From a virus, in IMG/VR virus record IMGVR_UViG_3300037193_002967, positions 8,174 through 72,173 of that record: 64,000 nt of DNA; one strand, 5' to 3'. Position numbers and translations under genes: made by a program. Below the pieces are notes generated by a model. The model was not told the DNA's origin, did not search any database, and saw only the letters and a program-made list of their open reading frames with translations. Shown piece by piece: positions 1-9,670 of this stretch (positions are counted from its first letter, which is position 1; every line of letters starts with the position of its first letter).

Positions 1-5
1 CCGGT

Positions 6-497
6 ATGGAAGGTGTGAGTTTAAGGGGAACAAATGCATTGGCAGTTTTATTCGAAAGGAATACTGTGATCATGCCTGGTAGTACTACTTTTAGAGTTAA
101 TGGTGCAATGGGCGGCACTGGTCAAAATATTGTTAGAAAAAATATTTTTATCCAACCGGCTGCAACGGGCGGCGTGGTTTATCCTAATAGATATATTTAT
201 TTGGAAAACGGTGGAAAGGTTACGGATGAAGATAATATTAAGATTCCAGCTCTTGCAGATGTAGCATTAGGTGTTGATAATTATTATGAACCTCGTGCTG
301 GTAGTCCATTTGTAGGGTATGGATATGAAATTCCAAAAGTAATTGAAGACCCAGACGTTGATCCACATCCCACTATGCAGGCTCAAATAGAAGGAGGCAT
401 TGTTAACCTTTTAAAATTACTACCGGCGGGTAATAATGAATTTACTATAAGACTTGGTGAGGCAATAATTAAAATTGGTATCAATATAATTAAGTAG
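6..497 (+). CDS. C-terminal part of a probable beta-helix / tail-fibre-like protein (likely starts before the window)
   Basis: Frame is open to the window edge; xxERNTVI / VRKNIFI beta-helix-like repeats; directly upstream of the lysis genes. Confidence 0.35.
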   Translation: MEGVSLRGTNALAVLFERNTVIMPGSTTFRVNGAMGGTGQNIVRKNIFIQPAATGGVVYPNRYIYLENGGKVTDEDNIKIPALADVALGVDNYYEPRAGSPFVGYGYEIPKVIEDPDVDPHPTMQAQIEGGIVNLLKLLPAGNNEFTIRLGEAIIKIGINIIK

Positions 498-519
498 CGG
501 GCAACAAAATTGCATTCTC

Positions 520-807
520 ATGATGATAAAATCTGATAAAATGAAGGTTTCGCCCGACATGAACTATAACATAGACTCCAATATGCTAACAGTTATAACC
601 GTATTCTTCTATGTCTTATTTGTTATAACCTCCCAGGGAGCCGCCGCTATTGCTACTATATTAGCTGCGTTCAGTACGCTTTTATGGAATGTATACAAAT
701 ATATCATGGATAGGAAAGACCGAAAAAAAGCCAATATTCAAAACATGAATGGTTCCAATGGTAAAAAACAAATTGATCACCCTATAAATGAACAATCCAA
801 TGAGTAA
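520..807 (+). CDS. Small membrane protein, holin candidate
   Basis: Hydrophobic stretch (VITVFFYVLFV...AIATILAAFSTLLW) followed by a basic tail; lysis-module context. Confidence 0.45.
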   Translation: MMIKSDKMKVSPDMNYNIDSNMLTVITVFFYVLFVITSQGAAAIATILAAFSTLLWNVYKYIMDRKDRKKANIQNMNGSNGKKQIDHPINEQSNE

Positions 808-1198
808 CCTTCAGATTATTATTGTCGGGTGGCTTGTGGGTCAATTTGGATACGCAGCCGTCAGTATCCATGTATTGCAACGACATAAGCCAAATATTAA
901 TTACTGGGAAGCCGCTGGCGCTTATTTCAGAAAGGAATTTAGCAATTTCGTAATGGCCTTTGCTGGCTTATTGATATTGATTTTTATATTTCCGGATTTT
1001 TGGGATGCTGATATCAATAAAATGGATTTAAAGATCAAATCAACTAAGACATGGAAAGAATGGATCATGATCTATCAGCGCGTAACTACTGTAGTGATCG
1101 GTGGTCTTAGCCAGCACTTACTTTATATAGCTTTTAAACGAGGCAAGAAGGAAATAGAAAAATTGGATGAGCAAAAGGCAAATGAAAATATAGAATAA
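788..1198 (+). CDS. Membrane protein, holin-like
   Basis: Three hydrophobic segments and a charged C-terminus; near the endolysin. Confidence 0.45.
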   Translation: MNNPMSNLQIIIVGWLVGQFGYAAVSIHVLQRHKPNINYWEAAGAYFRKEFSNFVMAFAGLLILIFIFPDFWDADINKMDLKIKSTKTWKEWIMIYQRVTTVVIGGLSQHLLYIAFKRGKKEIEKLDEQKANENIE

Positions 1199-1202
1199 AA
1201 CT

Positions 1203-1230
1203 AAACCCCTGATATAGATCAGGGGTTTTT
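1203..1230 (+). terminator. Intrinsic terminator-like hairpin
   Basis: AAACCCCTGAT-ATAG-ATCAGGGGTTT then TT, right after the 1198 stop. Confidence 0.6.
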
Positions 1231-1312
1231 AGATATATGTCATTATCATATAAAAGATAAGTATAAAAATAAAATATTTCTTCAAGAATAGAAAATATTT
1301 TATTTTGCAGGT

Positions 1313-1621
1313 ATGAATATTGGAGCATCTATTAAAAAACTGAGAGGATATGCTGGTATTTCCCAAGTGGAATTAAGTAAAAAGGCCAAATTAGCCCAAG
1401 GTTATTTAAGTAATATAGAGAGGGGGATGCAGAATCCTAGTTCTCAAGTTATCAAAAGGATTTCCAAGGTCCTTGATATACCACCAGGTTTGATTGTGGT
1501 TATGTCTATTGAAGACGAAGATGTGAAAATTGGAAAGAAAAGGCTCTTTAAAAAGTTAAAACCTGTGATGGAAGAAATAATTGCAGAAGCATTAATCCTA
1601 CAATATGGCCGTAAAAATTAA
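1313..1621 (+). CDS. XRE-family helix-turn-helix regulator
   Basis: IKKLRGYAGISQVELSKKAKLAQGYLSNIERGMQNPS is a canonical HTH_3 pattern. Confidence 0.9.
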   Translation: MNIGASIKKLRGYAGISQVELSKKAKLAQGYLSNIERGMQNPSSQVIKRISKVLDIPPGLIVVMSIEDEDVKIGKKRLFKKLKPVMEEIIAEALILQYGRKN

Positions 1622-2363
1622 AACAATACCGCCATGGGTATTGATCCTTTTAGGGGCAATTGCTGTCTTATTATTTCTTAAATTCTGTTTTAAAAATGAA
1701 AGCATTCCCCCTCCAAATTTGGATGCCATTAAAAAGCAACATAACCTTGACAGTATTGAATTTGAAGAAACAAAAAAGAAATGGCAATCAGAAAGGAATG
1801 ATTTAACTGCCCAAGTACAGGAACTTAATATTAAAAATGAATCTACAACTAACCACCTTAACAAAATCCTTTCTGATAATAAGCGGTTGATTGATAAATT
1901 TTATTCTAAACCGATCCCAGGTAAAGATTCAAGTGGCCAGACAATAGTCCCCAATGAATTTATTGATGATTGCAAGGATTGCTTTACTCAAATAGCTGCT
2001 ACGAGTGATACAGTTGAAAAATATAAATCTGAAGCCGAAGGGTTACGTGTTCTTTATGTAAGCGCTGCTAGTATTGATAGTGCCAGAATTGCAGAATTAG
2101 AAAAAGAAAAGCTAAAGCTGAACAAGGATTATAATGATATACGTATTGCTGCTGAAGTAAATGCAAAATATTTAGAACCACGTAGAAAATTAAAAGTAGG
2201 AATTGCCGGGATGCTTAATAATAAATTTTTACCTAATGGGATCGGTCCATCTTTTATGTACCAGGATAAAAAAGATAGAAATATTGGATACCGGCCATTA
2301 TTTGGAAATGGTGAGCCTATGCATATAATTGATATATTAGTTCCTTTCAAATGGAGCAAATAA
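1605..2363 (+). CDS. Membrane-anchored coiled-coil protein (spanin-like)
   Basis: N-terminal TM helix, long coiled coil, beta-rich C-terminus; lysis context. Confidence 0.45.
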   Translation: MAVKIKTIPPWVLILLGAIAVLLFLKFCFKNESIPPPNLDAIKKQHNLDSIEFEETKKKWQSERNDLTAQVQELNIKNESTTNHLNKILSDNKRLIDKFYSKPIPGKDSSGQTIVPNEFIDDCKDCFTQIAATSDTVEKYKSEAEGLRVLYVSAASIDSARIAELEKEKLKLNKDYNDIRIAAEVNAKYLEPRRKLKVGIAGMLNNKFLPNGIGPSFMYQDKKDRNIGYRPLFGNGEPMHIIDILVPFKWSK

Positions 2364-2379
2364 TTATAAAATTACATTC

Positions 2380-2685
2380 ATGAATAAGCCCAGAAAAGAT
2401 AACGAGTTAATTAGCGTAATATTAATAATTGGCATTTTTACAGCCGTCTTGTTGGCCGTTTATTTTACTTACAGCAATCTTGCTGCCATCCTTGAAGGCT
2501 CTTTTTGGTTAGCCGGAATTTGGCTGATATTAAATGCAGCAATTATAGCGGGCTGGTATATTGTTATTAAATACTGGCAGGACCCTAATAAGAATCTTTT
2601 TAGAGTATTACTTGTAATTGTTCATATCCTAACTATTGCACTTACGATGGGCCACCGGGCGGGTTGGCTAGAGCAAGTTAAATAA
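2380..2685 (+). CDS. Membrane protein (3 TM)
   Basis: Three hydrophobic helices. Confidence 0.6.
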   Translation: MNKPRKDNELISVILIIGIFTAVLLAVYFTYSNLAAILEGSFWLAGIWLILNAAIIAGWYIVIKYWQDPNKNLFRVLLVIVHILTIALTMGHRAGWLEQVK

Positions 2686-2689
2686 GTTT

Positions 2690-3145
2690 ATGAATTCGTT
2701 TGATATCATTTGTGTCACAATAATTTTTTGGGGAGCTTGTTTTGGACAAGCAGCCTACCATTCTTTCTTATTGAAGAAAGATATAACCGCCGATCGAAAA
2801 TGGCATTTGGGTCACGGGTTTGTCTATTTTATTTTTTGTGCTATTGTTAGCTATATATACTTTACAGAATTTGGTTGGATCGTTGGCTTGTTGATAATGA
2901 TCCATGGTATTTTAACCAGGCTGGCGTTTTTCGACGTTCTTTTAAACGCAATACGAGGCAAATCCTTGTGGTATAATGGACCAATTGATAGAGAACCAGG
3001 AAGTCTTATAGACTGGTGGGAGAACGATATTTTAAGGGTTGGAGAACCTGGTGGAATAAAAAGAGTCATCAAATTAAAAATTGCTTATTTGGTATTATGG
3101 ATTCTTTATTTAACTTTTTTATTTATAAAATATGCAATTAACTGA
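2690..3145 (+). CDS. Membrane protein
   Basis: Several hydrophobic helices; overlaps the endolysin start. Confidence 0.6.
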   Translation: MNSFDIICVTIIFWGACFGQAAYHSFLLKKDITADRKWHLGHGFVYFIFCAIVSYIYFTEFGWIVGLLIMIHGILTRLAFFDVLLNAIRGKSLWYNGPIDREPGSLIDWWENDILRVGEPGGIKRVIKLKIAYLVLWILYLTFLFIKYAIN

Positions 3146-3503
3146 AAACTTCGATCTCGAAGAATTTGCTTGCAAAGACGGGACGCCAGTACCTACACAC
3201 TTAATGGCGAATGTGAGATTATTGGCCTATAATCTACAAGTATTGCGTGATTATTTAGGGGAACCTGTTCATGTGAATAGCGGATATCGCACACCACCAT
3301 ATAACGCCAAAGTGGGTGGCAAAAAAAAGAGTCAGCATTTGTTGGCTAAAGCCGCAGATATTACAGTAAAATCAAAAACTCCAAAACAACTATACGCTAT
3401 CATAGAAAAGCTTATTAGTCAGGGCAAAATGAAGCAGGGCGGACTAGGTTTATACCCTGGGTTTGTACATTACGACGTAAGACCAGTTAAGGCTCGTTGG
3501 TAG
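3132..3503 (+). CDS. Endolysin, peptidase M15 family Zn peptidase
   Basis: SGYR, SQH-x6-D (SQHLLAKAAD) and FVHYD zinc-binding motifs. Confidence 0.9.
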   Translation: MQLTENFDLEEFACKDGTPVPTHLMANVRLLAYNLQVLRDYLGEPVHVNSGYRTPPYNAKVGGKKKSQHLLAKAADITVKSKTPKQLYAIIEKLISQGKMKQGGLGLYPGFVHYDVRPVKARW

Positions 3504-3564
3504 TAAAGATATTTGCTTTTTCTTCATTTTTAATAGGCGTCCATGTATTTCTATACATGGACTT

Positions 3565-4062
3565 TTAATTATAAATAAAAACTCGGGCATATTTAAATTG
3601 CAATCTCTTTTTGATCCGGTGTACGCGAACCCGTAGATTATTTTCGTCAATATTTAATAGTGATTGTATCTTTTTAAAACTATATCCATTTAGATATAAG
3701 AAAAATATTTCTCGATCTTCATCTGGCAATTCTGCAATTACAGTATTATATCTAATGGCTTGCTCTAATTTTTCCGCCTCTTCCATACGGTACTCTAAAT
3801 TATCAAGGAACTCTTCACTAAATGGGATATAACGCTTTTGTACCTTCTGTCTTCGAACATGATCTATGCAGGTTCGTTTGCATACGGAAAAGAACCATTG
3901 GCTAAATAAGCCCCTACCATTGAACGTTGGGAAAGAGTGCCACGCCCTTAATAAAATTTCCTGAATGATATCCTCACGGCTCAATTTGTTGGCATAACGA
4001 TAGCAAGCGTAATGCATGATCTCTTTATTGGCCTCAATTCCCGCTATAAATTCAGCTTCCAT
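3565..4062 (-). CDS. ECF-type RNA polymerase sigma-70 factor
   Basis: Region 2 (DIIQEILLRAW...FSQWFFSVCKRTCIDHVR) and region 4 (LPDEDREIFFLYLNGYSFKKIQSLLNIDENNLRVRVHRIKKRL). Confidence 0.9.
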   Translation of the reverse strand: MEAEFIAGIEANKEIMHYACYRYANKLSREDIIQEILLRAWHSFPTFNGRGLFSQWFFSVCKRTCIDHVRRQKVQKRYIPFSEEFLDNLEYRMEEAEKLEQAIRYNTVIAELPDEDREIFFLYLNGYSFKKIQSLLNIDENNLRVRVHRIKKRLQFKYARVFIYN

Positions 4063-4071
4063 ATAATTTAA

Positions 4072-4356
4072 TTAAAAATCGCCAGAGGCCCCTCCTCCAC
4101 CGGTATCACCACCATCAAAGCCGCCAAAATCAGAGCTACTTGAATCGTTCGATTCAGGGGAAGATAGAAAATCAATCGAAGAATTTATATACTCTTGTTG
4201 AAAAGTAGGTGGCTCAAGGTCAGACGTTGTATTCTTAGTAAAATTTGTTCTTTCATGTGGCGGCAAACCATAATAAATATGGTCAGAAATAGTTTGCCCG
4301 AAATAAAAGCGTATATTTTTTGTTTGGCTATAAAAAGGGATAATGCACCTATACAT
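4072..4356 (-). CDS. Hypothetical protein with Gly-rich acidic tail
   Basis: Ends DFGGFDGGDTGGGGASGDF; start uncertain. Confidence 0.5.
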   Translation of the reverse strand: MYRCIIPFYSQTKNIRFYFGQTISDHIYYGLPPHERTNFTKNTTSDLEPPTFQQEYINSSIDFLSSPESNDSSSSDFGGFDGGDTGGGGASGDF

Positions 4357-4366
4357 GATAGTAATT

Positions 4367-4615
4367 TTATAATTCGTTATTGATTGCAGCCATGAAAAGT
4401 ATAATGTTTTGTCTTAAAGGACCAAAACCGTATAATTTCTGCTTATCAAATTCCCATATATAAGCATCGGATGCCCACCAACCAACAGACTTATGCATAT
4501 TTTTCAATTCATCTAATTCCTGCTCTGATGGCATGAATAAATCTAATAAATCATAACTTATTAAATTATGCGCGGCACACCGACATAGCCCGCTTTCAGG
4601 CATCTTACCCGTCAA
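4367..4615 (-). CDS. Hypothetical phage protein
   Basis: ORF co-oriented within the leftward operon. Confidence 0.5.
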   Translation of the reverse strand: MTGKMPESGLCRCAAHNLISYDLLDLFMPSEQELDELKNMHKSVGWWASDAYIWEFDKQKLYGFGPLRQNIILFMAAINNEL

Positions 4616-5107
4616 TAAACATGATTCATAAAAATCTAAATGCCTACCATTTTATCGAATTGTTTCATTAATATAATATGCGTAAGCACCGCCTAGTACT
4701 GCCAAGATAACTCCTATAACAATAATTGTATTAATAATAGTGTTTAAATTTTTTTGTACAAAATGTTTCATGATAAACAGTATTTTATTTTAAAGTGATA
4801 AAGTTGAAAAAAGCCATAAGAAAAACCAGATCAATAGTACTACAAATGCAAGAAGTACTATAATCACAAATATATTCAGCAGGTTTCTCATATAAAAAAT
4901 ATGCGTTTATACCATGCGCATCCCGGTATTAAGAGAGCCCCTATAGTGAACCGTTCAGGTGTTAAATGGAAAAGTCAAATAGTCAAGCATAAATACGAAT
5001 GCAAGAAATAAAATTGCTACAGCGGCGTGTAAGTACTTTTCGTGTTTCATTGTTTAATTGCTTTTGTGATACAAATATACATCTGTTTAATAATTAAACA
5101 AGAATTT

Positions 5108-5317
5108 TTATAGCTTTTTTTTCCGCTCTTTCAATTCCTTGATCGAAGTCAAGTTTTTAACCAAGGTCATGCGTAATTCTGGTACATACCAAGAGTCAAT
5201 TTGGCCTCGATTGATCCAGTTCCTTACCGCTCCTGGCGTTACTTCCAGTTTATTAGCTAAATGCATCTGGCTAACCCACTCAGTAATATCAACTTGTTGT
5301 TTCAATTTTTTTGACAT
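5108..5317 (-). CDS. Excisionase/MerR-like HTH DNA-binding protein
   Basis: WVSQMHLANKLEVTPGAVRNWINRGQID; ATG at 5317 preferred. Confidence 0.65.
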   Translation of the reverse strand: MSKKLKQQVDITEWVSQMHLANKLEVTPGAVRNWINRGQIDSWYVPELRMTLVKNLTSIKELKERKKKL

Positions 5318-5573
5318 AAGGGTTATCTTCAAAAGGCATTTTATAGCGAAGAGCCATATATTCAAAATAGAAAGAACAAAAAAGCATTGCTTCTTCTGTA
5401 CTTTTGCATAAAGCGGCTATTAAAGCGAATACATCTATTTTTGGGATAGAGGGAATTGACCTTTGGATAACTTCCAGGTCACCAGCAAAAGACTTTAAAG
5501 CGGCCACTCTATCTGGTGGGATGCCTAATTGGGCTGCAACATCTTTCCCTTCTTTAATTATCGTTATTTTCAT
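5289..5573 (-). CDS. Small protein, member of a 4-copy paralogue family
   Basis: DVAAQLGIPPDR...CKSTEEAML resembles the ORFs at 7945, 8234 and 9671. Confidence 0.55.
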   Translation of the reverse strand: MKITIIKEGKDVAAQLGIPPDRVAALKSFAGDLEVIQRSIPSIPKIDVFALIAALCKSTEEAMLFCSFYFEYMALRYKMPFEDNPYVKKIETTS

Positions 5574-6381
5574 TATTTGGTTGATTTAAGACTTTTGCCT
5601 GTCTGGTATAGCCTTCTTTTTCAAAGGCGTCGATCCAGATCAATTTTCGTAATGAATTATTTGGACCATATGGCTGAAATCTAAAGTGTCCCCGAACACC
5701 AAAACCCTCGCTTTTAACTAACGTGGTAAACCATGTGCTATCCAAGATTTCGATATTGCGTTTAGTTTCATTGACATATTTAATACCGATGTGGTGATCT
5801 TTTCTGTTGGCCTTAATTAACTTTGTATCCAACTCACAATATTTCATGAAAAGGATCATTGTAAATATATCTCCAAATATACTTATTGGCTCTAATCCGG
5901 CATCGATAGCCTTTTTACTAGCATAAAAGCGGGCCCCACTAGCGGGCATTCCGGGCCGTCGCTGTGCGACTAATCCCAATGCCGTTTTATCCTTTTTTGT
6001 GTGATTATTGAAAAATAAAATGGTCGCATCCATTTCAAATTCATTCTTCTGGCCCCACGTTTCTATACTATAGAAAATCGTATTTGTCTCATGTATATCT
6101 GGCTTAAAAATAAAAGTACCAGATTCGTTTATTGGTTCTGCATCTAAAACTGCACCAAGCTTATGACAACTTTTATCGTAGGCTTCATAAAATGGATGAC
6201 TGATGTATTGTATTTTTTTACTGAAACGAGGCTGAAGGTTAGGCCATTTTGTTATAATAGAATGGGCCAGCATCATTTTTTGATCAGCCGTAGTCTCTCC
6301 ACCATCATCAATTATCCTAAATGATAAGTGGTCAATATGATCTAATAAATGTAAAGCGGTATTTTTATAATTGATCTTCAC
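5554..6381 (-). CDS. Hypothetical phage protein with RGHxRxQPYG motif
   Basis: C-terminal VRGHFRFQPYGPNNSLRKLIWI motif, recurrent in uncharacterised phage proteins. Confidence 0.65.
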   Translation of the reverse strand: MKINYKNTALHLLDHIDHLSFRIIDDGGETTADQKMMLAHSIITKWPNLQPRFSKKIQYISHPFYEAYDKSCHKLGAVLDAEPINESGTFIFKPDIHETNTIFYSIETWGQKNEFEMDATILFFNNHTKKDKTALGLVAQRRPGMPASGARFYASKKAIDAGLEPISIFGDIFTMILFMKYCELDTKLIKANRKDHHIGIKYVNETKRNIEILDSTWFTTLVKSEGFGVRGHFRFQPYGPNNSLRKLIWIDAFEKEGYTRQAKVLNQPNNENNDN

Positions 6382-6635
6382 ACTTTCGGCTTAAAATATT
6401 TTGATTTATCATATGGAGCATTTTTGAAATCATTCTCCAAGGTAGCAGCATTTATTTTATCCAGCGCGCTTTGAGTACATTGAATAAAAAGTTCACTTTC
6501 TTTTATGCCTTCTTCCGTTAACCTGTCGGCAGCAATAGCTAAAGCATGGCCTTCTTTACAAAGCTCTAATTGGCCTTGTAGTGCTACCTTGATTGCTGAT
6601 ACTTCTAAGCCTGTTAATGGTTCACTTTGTTTCAT
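6378..6635 (-). CDS. Hypothetical protein
   Basis: 4-nt start/stop overlaps with both neighbours. Confidence 0.6.
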   Translation of the reverse strand: MKQSEPLTGLEVSAIKVALQGQLELCKEGHALAIAADRLTEEGIKESELFIQCTQSALDKINAATLENDFKNAPYDKSKYFKPKV

Positions 6636-6826
6636 TTTTTTCTATTTAACTTATAAACATTAAAATATGCGGCCTTGGCTTCATCTTCATTTCCTCCATC
6701 GGCAAAGACTTTGAAATATGCATCCAAAGCCTTGTCTTCAAGGGCTTGATTGCCACCACGATCAGTTTTCTTAAATTTATCCCAATCCGATAATTGATCG
6801 GGATGTTCTTTTTCGTCTACTCTCAT
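6632..6826 (-). CDS. Hypothetical protein
   Basis: ATG at 6826 (MRVDEKE) preferred; coupled to the next gene. Confidence 0.5.
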   Translation of the reverse strand: MRVDEKEHPDQLSDWDKFKKTDRGGNQALEDKALDAYFKVFADGGNEDEAKAAYFNVYKLNRKK

Positions 6827-7181
6827 CTGTATTATTCTTTTTATGTATTTGTTTGGTAGCGGATATCGTCTTGTAGTATTGAGAATTAAGCAGATATTTT
6901 TCCCAGAACGGGTAAAATTTTGCATCCTTATTTAAGATTAAATTTTCTGCAACGTCTCGCGCCACTAAAACTGTAGAATGATCCCGGTTTCCTATAGACT
7001 TCCCGATCTCTTTCAATGAATAATTGGTGAAATAAAAAGCGATATAGGAAAAAATAAAACGGGCAGTTTTAAATTTAAACTTGCGGCTGCTGCTGATAAC
7101 ATTTTCAATAGATAGTTCCAAGGAATTACAAACATCATCCAATAATTGAGGAAGAGTAGGAGCTAAGGTGTTCGGTATCAT
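6777..7181 (-). CDS. Stand-alone DnaA C-terminal (domain IV) HTH protein
   Basis: ARFIFSYIAFYFTNYSLKEIGKSIGNRDHSTVL matches the Bac_DnaA_C signature (SLxEIGxxFGxRDHSTV). Confidence 0.8.
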   Translation of the reverse strand: MIPNTLAPTLPQLLDDVCNSLELSIENVISSSRKFKFKTARFIFSYIAFYFTNYSLKEIGKSIGNRDHSTVLVARDVAENLILNKDAKFYPFWEKYLLNSQYYKTISATKQIHKKNNTDESRRKRTSRSIIGLG

Positions 7182-7370
7182 AATTTATATTTTTGAGAGT
7201 GTAAGAATTCTCAAGGGGATATCCTGAAAATTAAGATTCTTTGCGGCACTCAAGTCTGCATTAAACATGAATTCGTTGTACTCGCTAAATGAAAATGTGC
7301 AATTATCAATAACCAAATTACAATCAGAATCCGCAATGATATTTCGTTTTTACTTTTATGATATTCGTAG

Positions 7371-7961
7371 TTAATCCTCGCATACGCTGCCAAATTTTAA
7401 AATTTTTTCAGCCCAGAATTCATTATGATCACTCACGGGGATAGAATAAATATGGGCTTTTTTAAGCGGCTTAGAGTAGGCTAAAATATATGCCTCTGTA
7501 TGTTGCCCAAGCTTTGCATATCCAAAAAGTTGATCATCATATTTCATGAACTTGATAAGTTCTGGAATGTTCTTTGAGTCCGTGATCTTTAGATCAACTA
7601 CAATTCGTTTTGGTATCTCCATATCTAAGCGACCTTTAGCAGGAAGACAAAAGCCATGGTAATGAAATATGCCGCTATAGCTTATCTGAGAATGCATATA
7701 AGGTAATATTCCTGAAAAATTAGCCCTTAAATAAGCTGCAATAGCTTTGGCGGCTGGATATAAGCGATGTGTCATATCAACCCGCTCATTAGATATAATC
7801 CCATCTACCAGACTTCCCAGGATAATTTTATCAGTTACTTCGACATTTTTAGATAACCCAAATGCTTCACTTTTCAAAAAACTAAAACTATATTGAGAAA
7901 AGCTCCTGTATTCATTAAAGTCAAGCGAAGTGAACCGCTGTTGATCAGTACAGGTTATCAT
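7371..7961 (-). CDS. PD-(D/E)xK exonuclease (RecE/ExoVIII-like)
   Basis: KGRLD...VVDLK...YDDQLFGY motifs; same operon as RecT. Confidence 0.7.
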   Translation of the reverse strand: MITCTDQQRFTSLDFNEYRSFSQYSFSFLKSEAFGLSKNVEVTDKIILGSLVDGIISNERVDMTHRLYPAAKAIAAYLRANFSGILPYMHSQISYSGIFHYHGFCLPAKGRLDMEIPKRIVVDLKITDSKNIPELIKFMKYDDQLFGYAKLGQHTEAYILAYSKPLKKAHIYSIPVSDHNEFWAEKILKFGSVCED

Positions 7962-8223
7962 CTTCTTTTAAACGGTTCTCCACCTCGTAAAATATGAGAC
8001 TGGTGGCCATTATTAAATAAGCTTCTTCTAGTGAATTTTCGGCAAAATCCAATACTTCTATGATAAGATCACCTTTATTAAAGACGCCCCCCAAGGGTGG
8101 ATTATTAAGAGTGGTGTCAATTTTTTTTTCAACCAGATCAAGCAATTCCTGTTCGCGTTCCTCAGAAATTCCAAACGCATCTGATAACGAAGAAGAATCT
8201 TTTTTAAGTAAGTTTCGTATCAT
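7945..8223 (-). CDS. Small protein, paralogue family
   Basis: SLSDAFGISEEREQELL...AENSLEEAYLI. Confidence 0.6.
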   Translation of the reverse strand: MIRNLLKKDSSSLSDAFGISEEREQELLDLVEKKIDTTLNNPPLGGVFNKGDLIIEVLDFAENSLEEAYLIMATSLIFYEVENRLKEDDNLY

Positions 8224-8233
8224 ATAGTACTAT

Positions 8234-8563
8234 TTATGGCAGATTAATGGCAACACCTTGATTTGCTAAGTTTATTAATTTTGATTCTAACTCGAAAATC
8301 CGTTTTCCTAAATGAAACAAGACATATGCTTCTTCCTGTATCGACTTGCAAATAGAAAGAACCATAGTAATGCATTTAGTTTGAGAAAAATTAAAATCGG
8401 TGATACCATTATTAAGTGTAGTAAAACAAGATTCAATATAATCTCCCGCTGTCGATATAGCATTAGTGAGCAATTCCTGCCCTCTTTCAGAGGTTAAACC
8501 AAAAAATGAAGGAAGATTTGGGGCGCTTAAAACAAACAATGATTGTAAAGAAATATTTTCCAT
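8234..8563 (-). CDS. Small protein, paralogue family
   Basis: NLPSFFGLTSERGQELL...CKSIQEEAYVL. Confidence 0.6.
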   Translation of the reverse strand: MENISLQSLFVLSAPNLPSFFGLTSERGQELLTNAISTAGDYIESCFTTLNNGITDFNFSQTKCITMVLSICKSIQEEAYVLFHLGKRIFELESKLINLANQGVAINLP

Positions 8564-8566
8564 TTT

Positions 8567-9658
8567 TTATAATTTGCTTTTAGTAGTCCAAATTAAGCCG
8601 CTAAAGTTAAAATTGTTGTCTTCATTTTTTATCTTCTCAAGAGCATCTGACATTTGTTGTATACCAAATCCAGTTAGCCATTTAGTAACACGCAATTTAG
8701 TTCGGCATTTTGCTGAATTAGCAAGGTAAGCCATAACTATTATGTTAGCAGCTTCAAATGTTTCTGGCATATTCAAAACAAATACCTCATTCAACTCTTT
8801 GCTATCAGTGGTCACCAAGACAGAAGTGGCCATTGACTGAATATTAGCTGCAACTACATCTTCGGTTTTGGCTTGCTCAATTGCAGAATGATTCTGCGCA
8901 GTTTCCTGGGTATTGAGATAGAGAGCCTGATCCTTATTGTCCCAAGCCTGGGTGTAATCAGCATATTTTACATTCAGATCATGTACGAAACCGGAAACAT
9001 AATATTGAGCCGGTTGAGGTTGAAATGCTTTATCAATTTCTGCATTTACTTCCTCCTGAGTGGCGTTTATTGCCCCAAAAGAAGGCTTTTGCATGGTACG
9101 GTTGCCAATAGTAATGCGGGCACGGATTTTGGCTAAATAAGGCTCCAATTGCTCTGGGGGGACCTTTTCTAAGGCGTAAATGTAACTCTTGCTGATAAGA
9201 TCAGCATGCTCTTTTAAATAAGCAGCATTTTGATTTGCGATGTAAAGCCGAACGTTTTCAGCTATTTTTTTCAATTCATCTAATTTGATCTGGGCAGCAT
9301 CATCTTCGTCTTTCTTTTTCTTTTTAAGCTTAATTAACCCGTCTATATATTCGGCAATTTTATCATTTACAGACTTTTCGGGCTGCATTAGTCGTGCCTT
9401 AACATCATCCAGCTTGTTCGTAGTTTCAAGCCTTTTTTTATAGAGGGCATCTTTGTCTCGTTTCGCCTGAGCTAATATTTCTTCTGCCTGTGGAATCCTT
9501 GCGGTTTCGGTGGGTAACAAAAGGCGATTAATTATGCCCTGACCTTGAACTTGCAAAGACAAATGAAGGTTATGAATCTCTACACCTAAATTTCCCCAAG
9601 CGATTCGTTTCTTATTTATTACTTCAATTTGGTCTGTAATTGGTTGTATATCGGACAT
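8567..9658 (-). CDS. Coiled-coil protein of the recombination operon
   Basis: 363 aa, helical/coiled coil, between RecT and the exonuclease. Confidence 0.55.
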   Translation of the reverse strand: MSDIQPITDQIEVINKKRIAWGNLGVEIHNLHLSLQVQGQGIINRLLLPTETARIPQAEEILAQAKRDKDALYKKRLETTNKLDDVKARLMQPEKSVNDKIAEYIDGLIKLKKKKKDEDDAAQIKLDELKKIAENVRLYIANQNAAYLKEHADLISKSYIYALEKVPPEQLEPYLAKIRARITIGNRTMQKPSFGAINATQEEVNAEIDKAFQPQPAQYYVSGFVHDLNVKYADYTQAWDNKDQALYLNTQETAQNHSAIEQAKTEDVVAANIQSMATSVLVTTDSKELNEVFVLNMPETFEAANIIVMAYLANSAKCRTKLRVTKWLTGFGIQQMSDALEKIKNEDNNFNFSGLIWTTKSKL

Positions 9659-9670
9659 AGAAAGTTTTAA

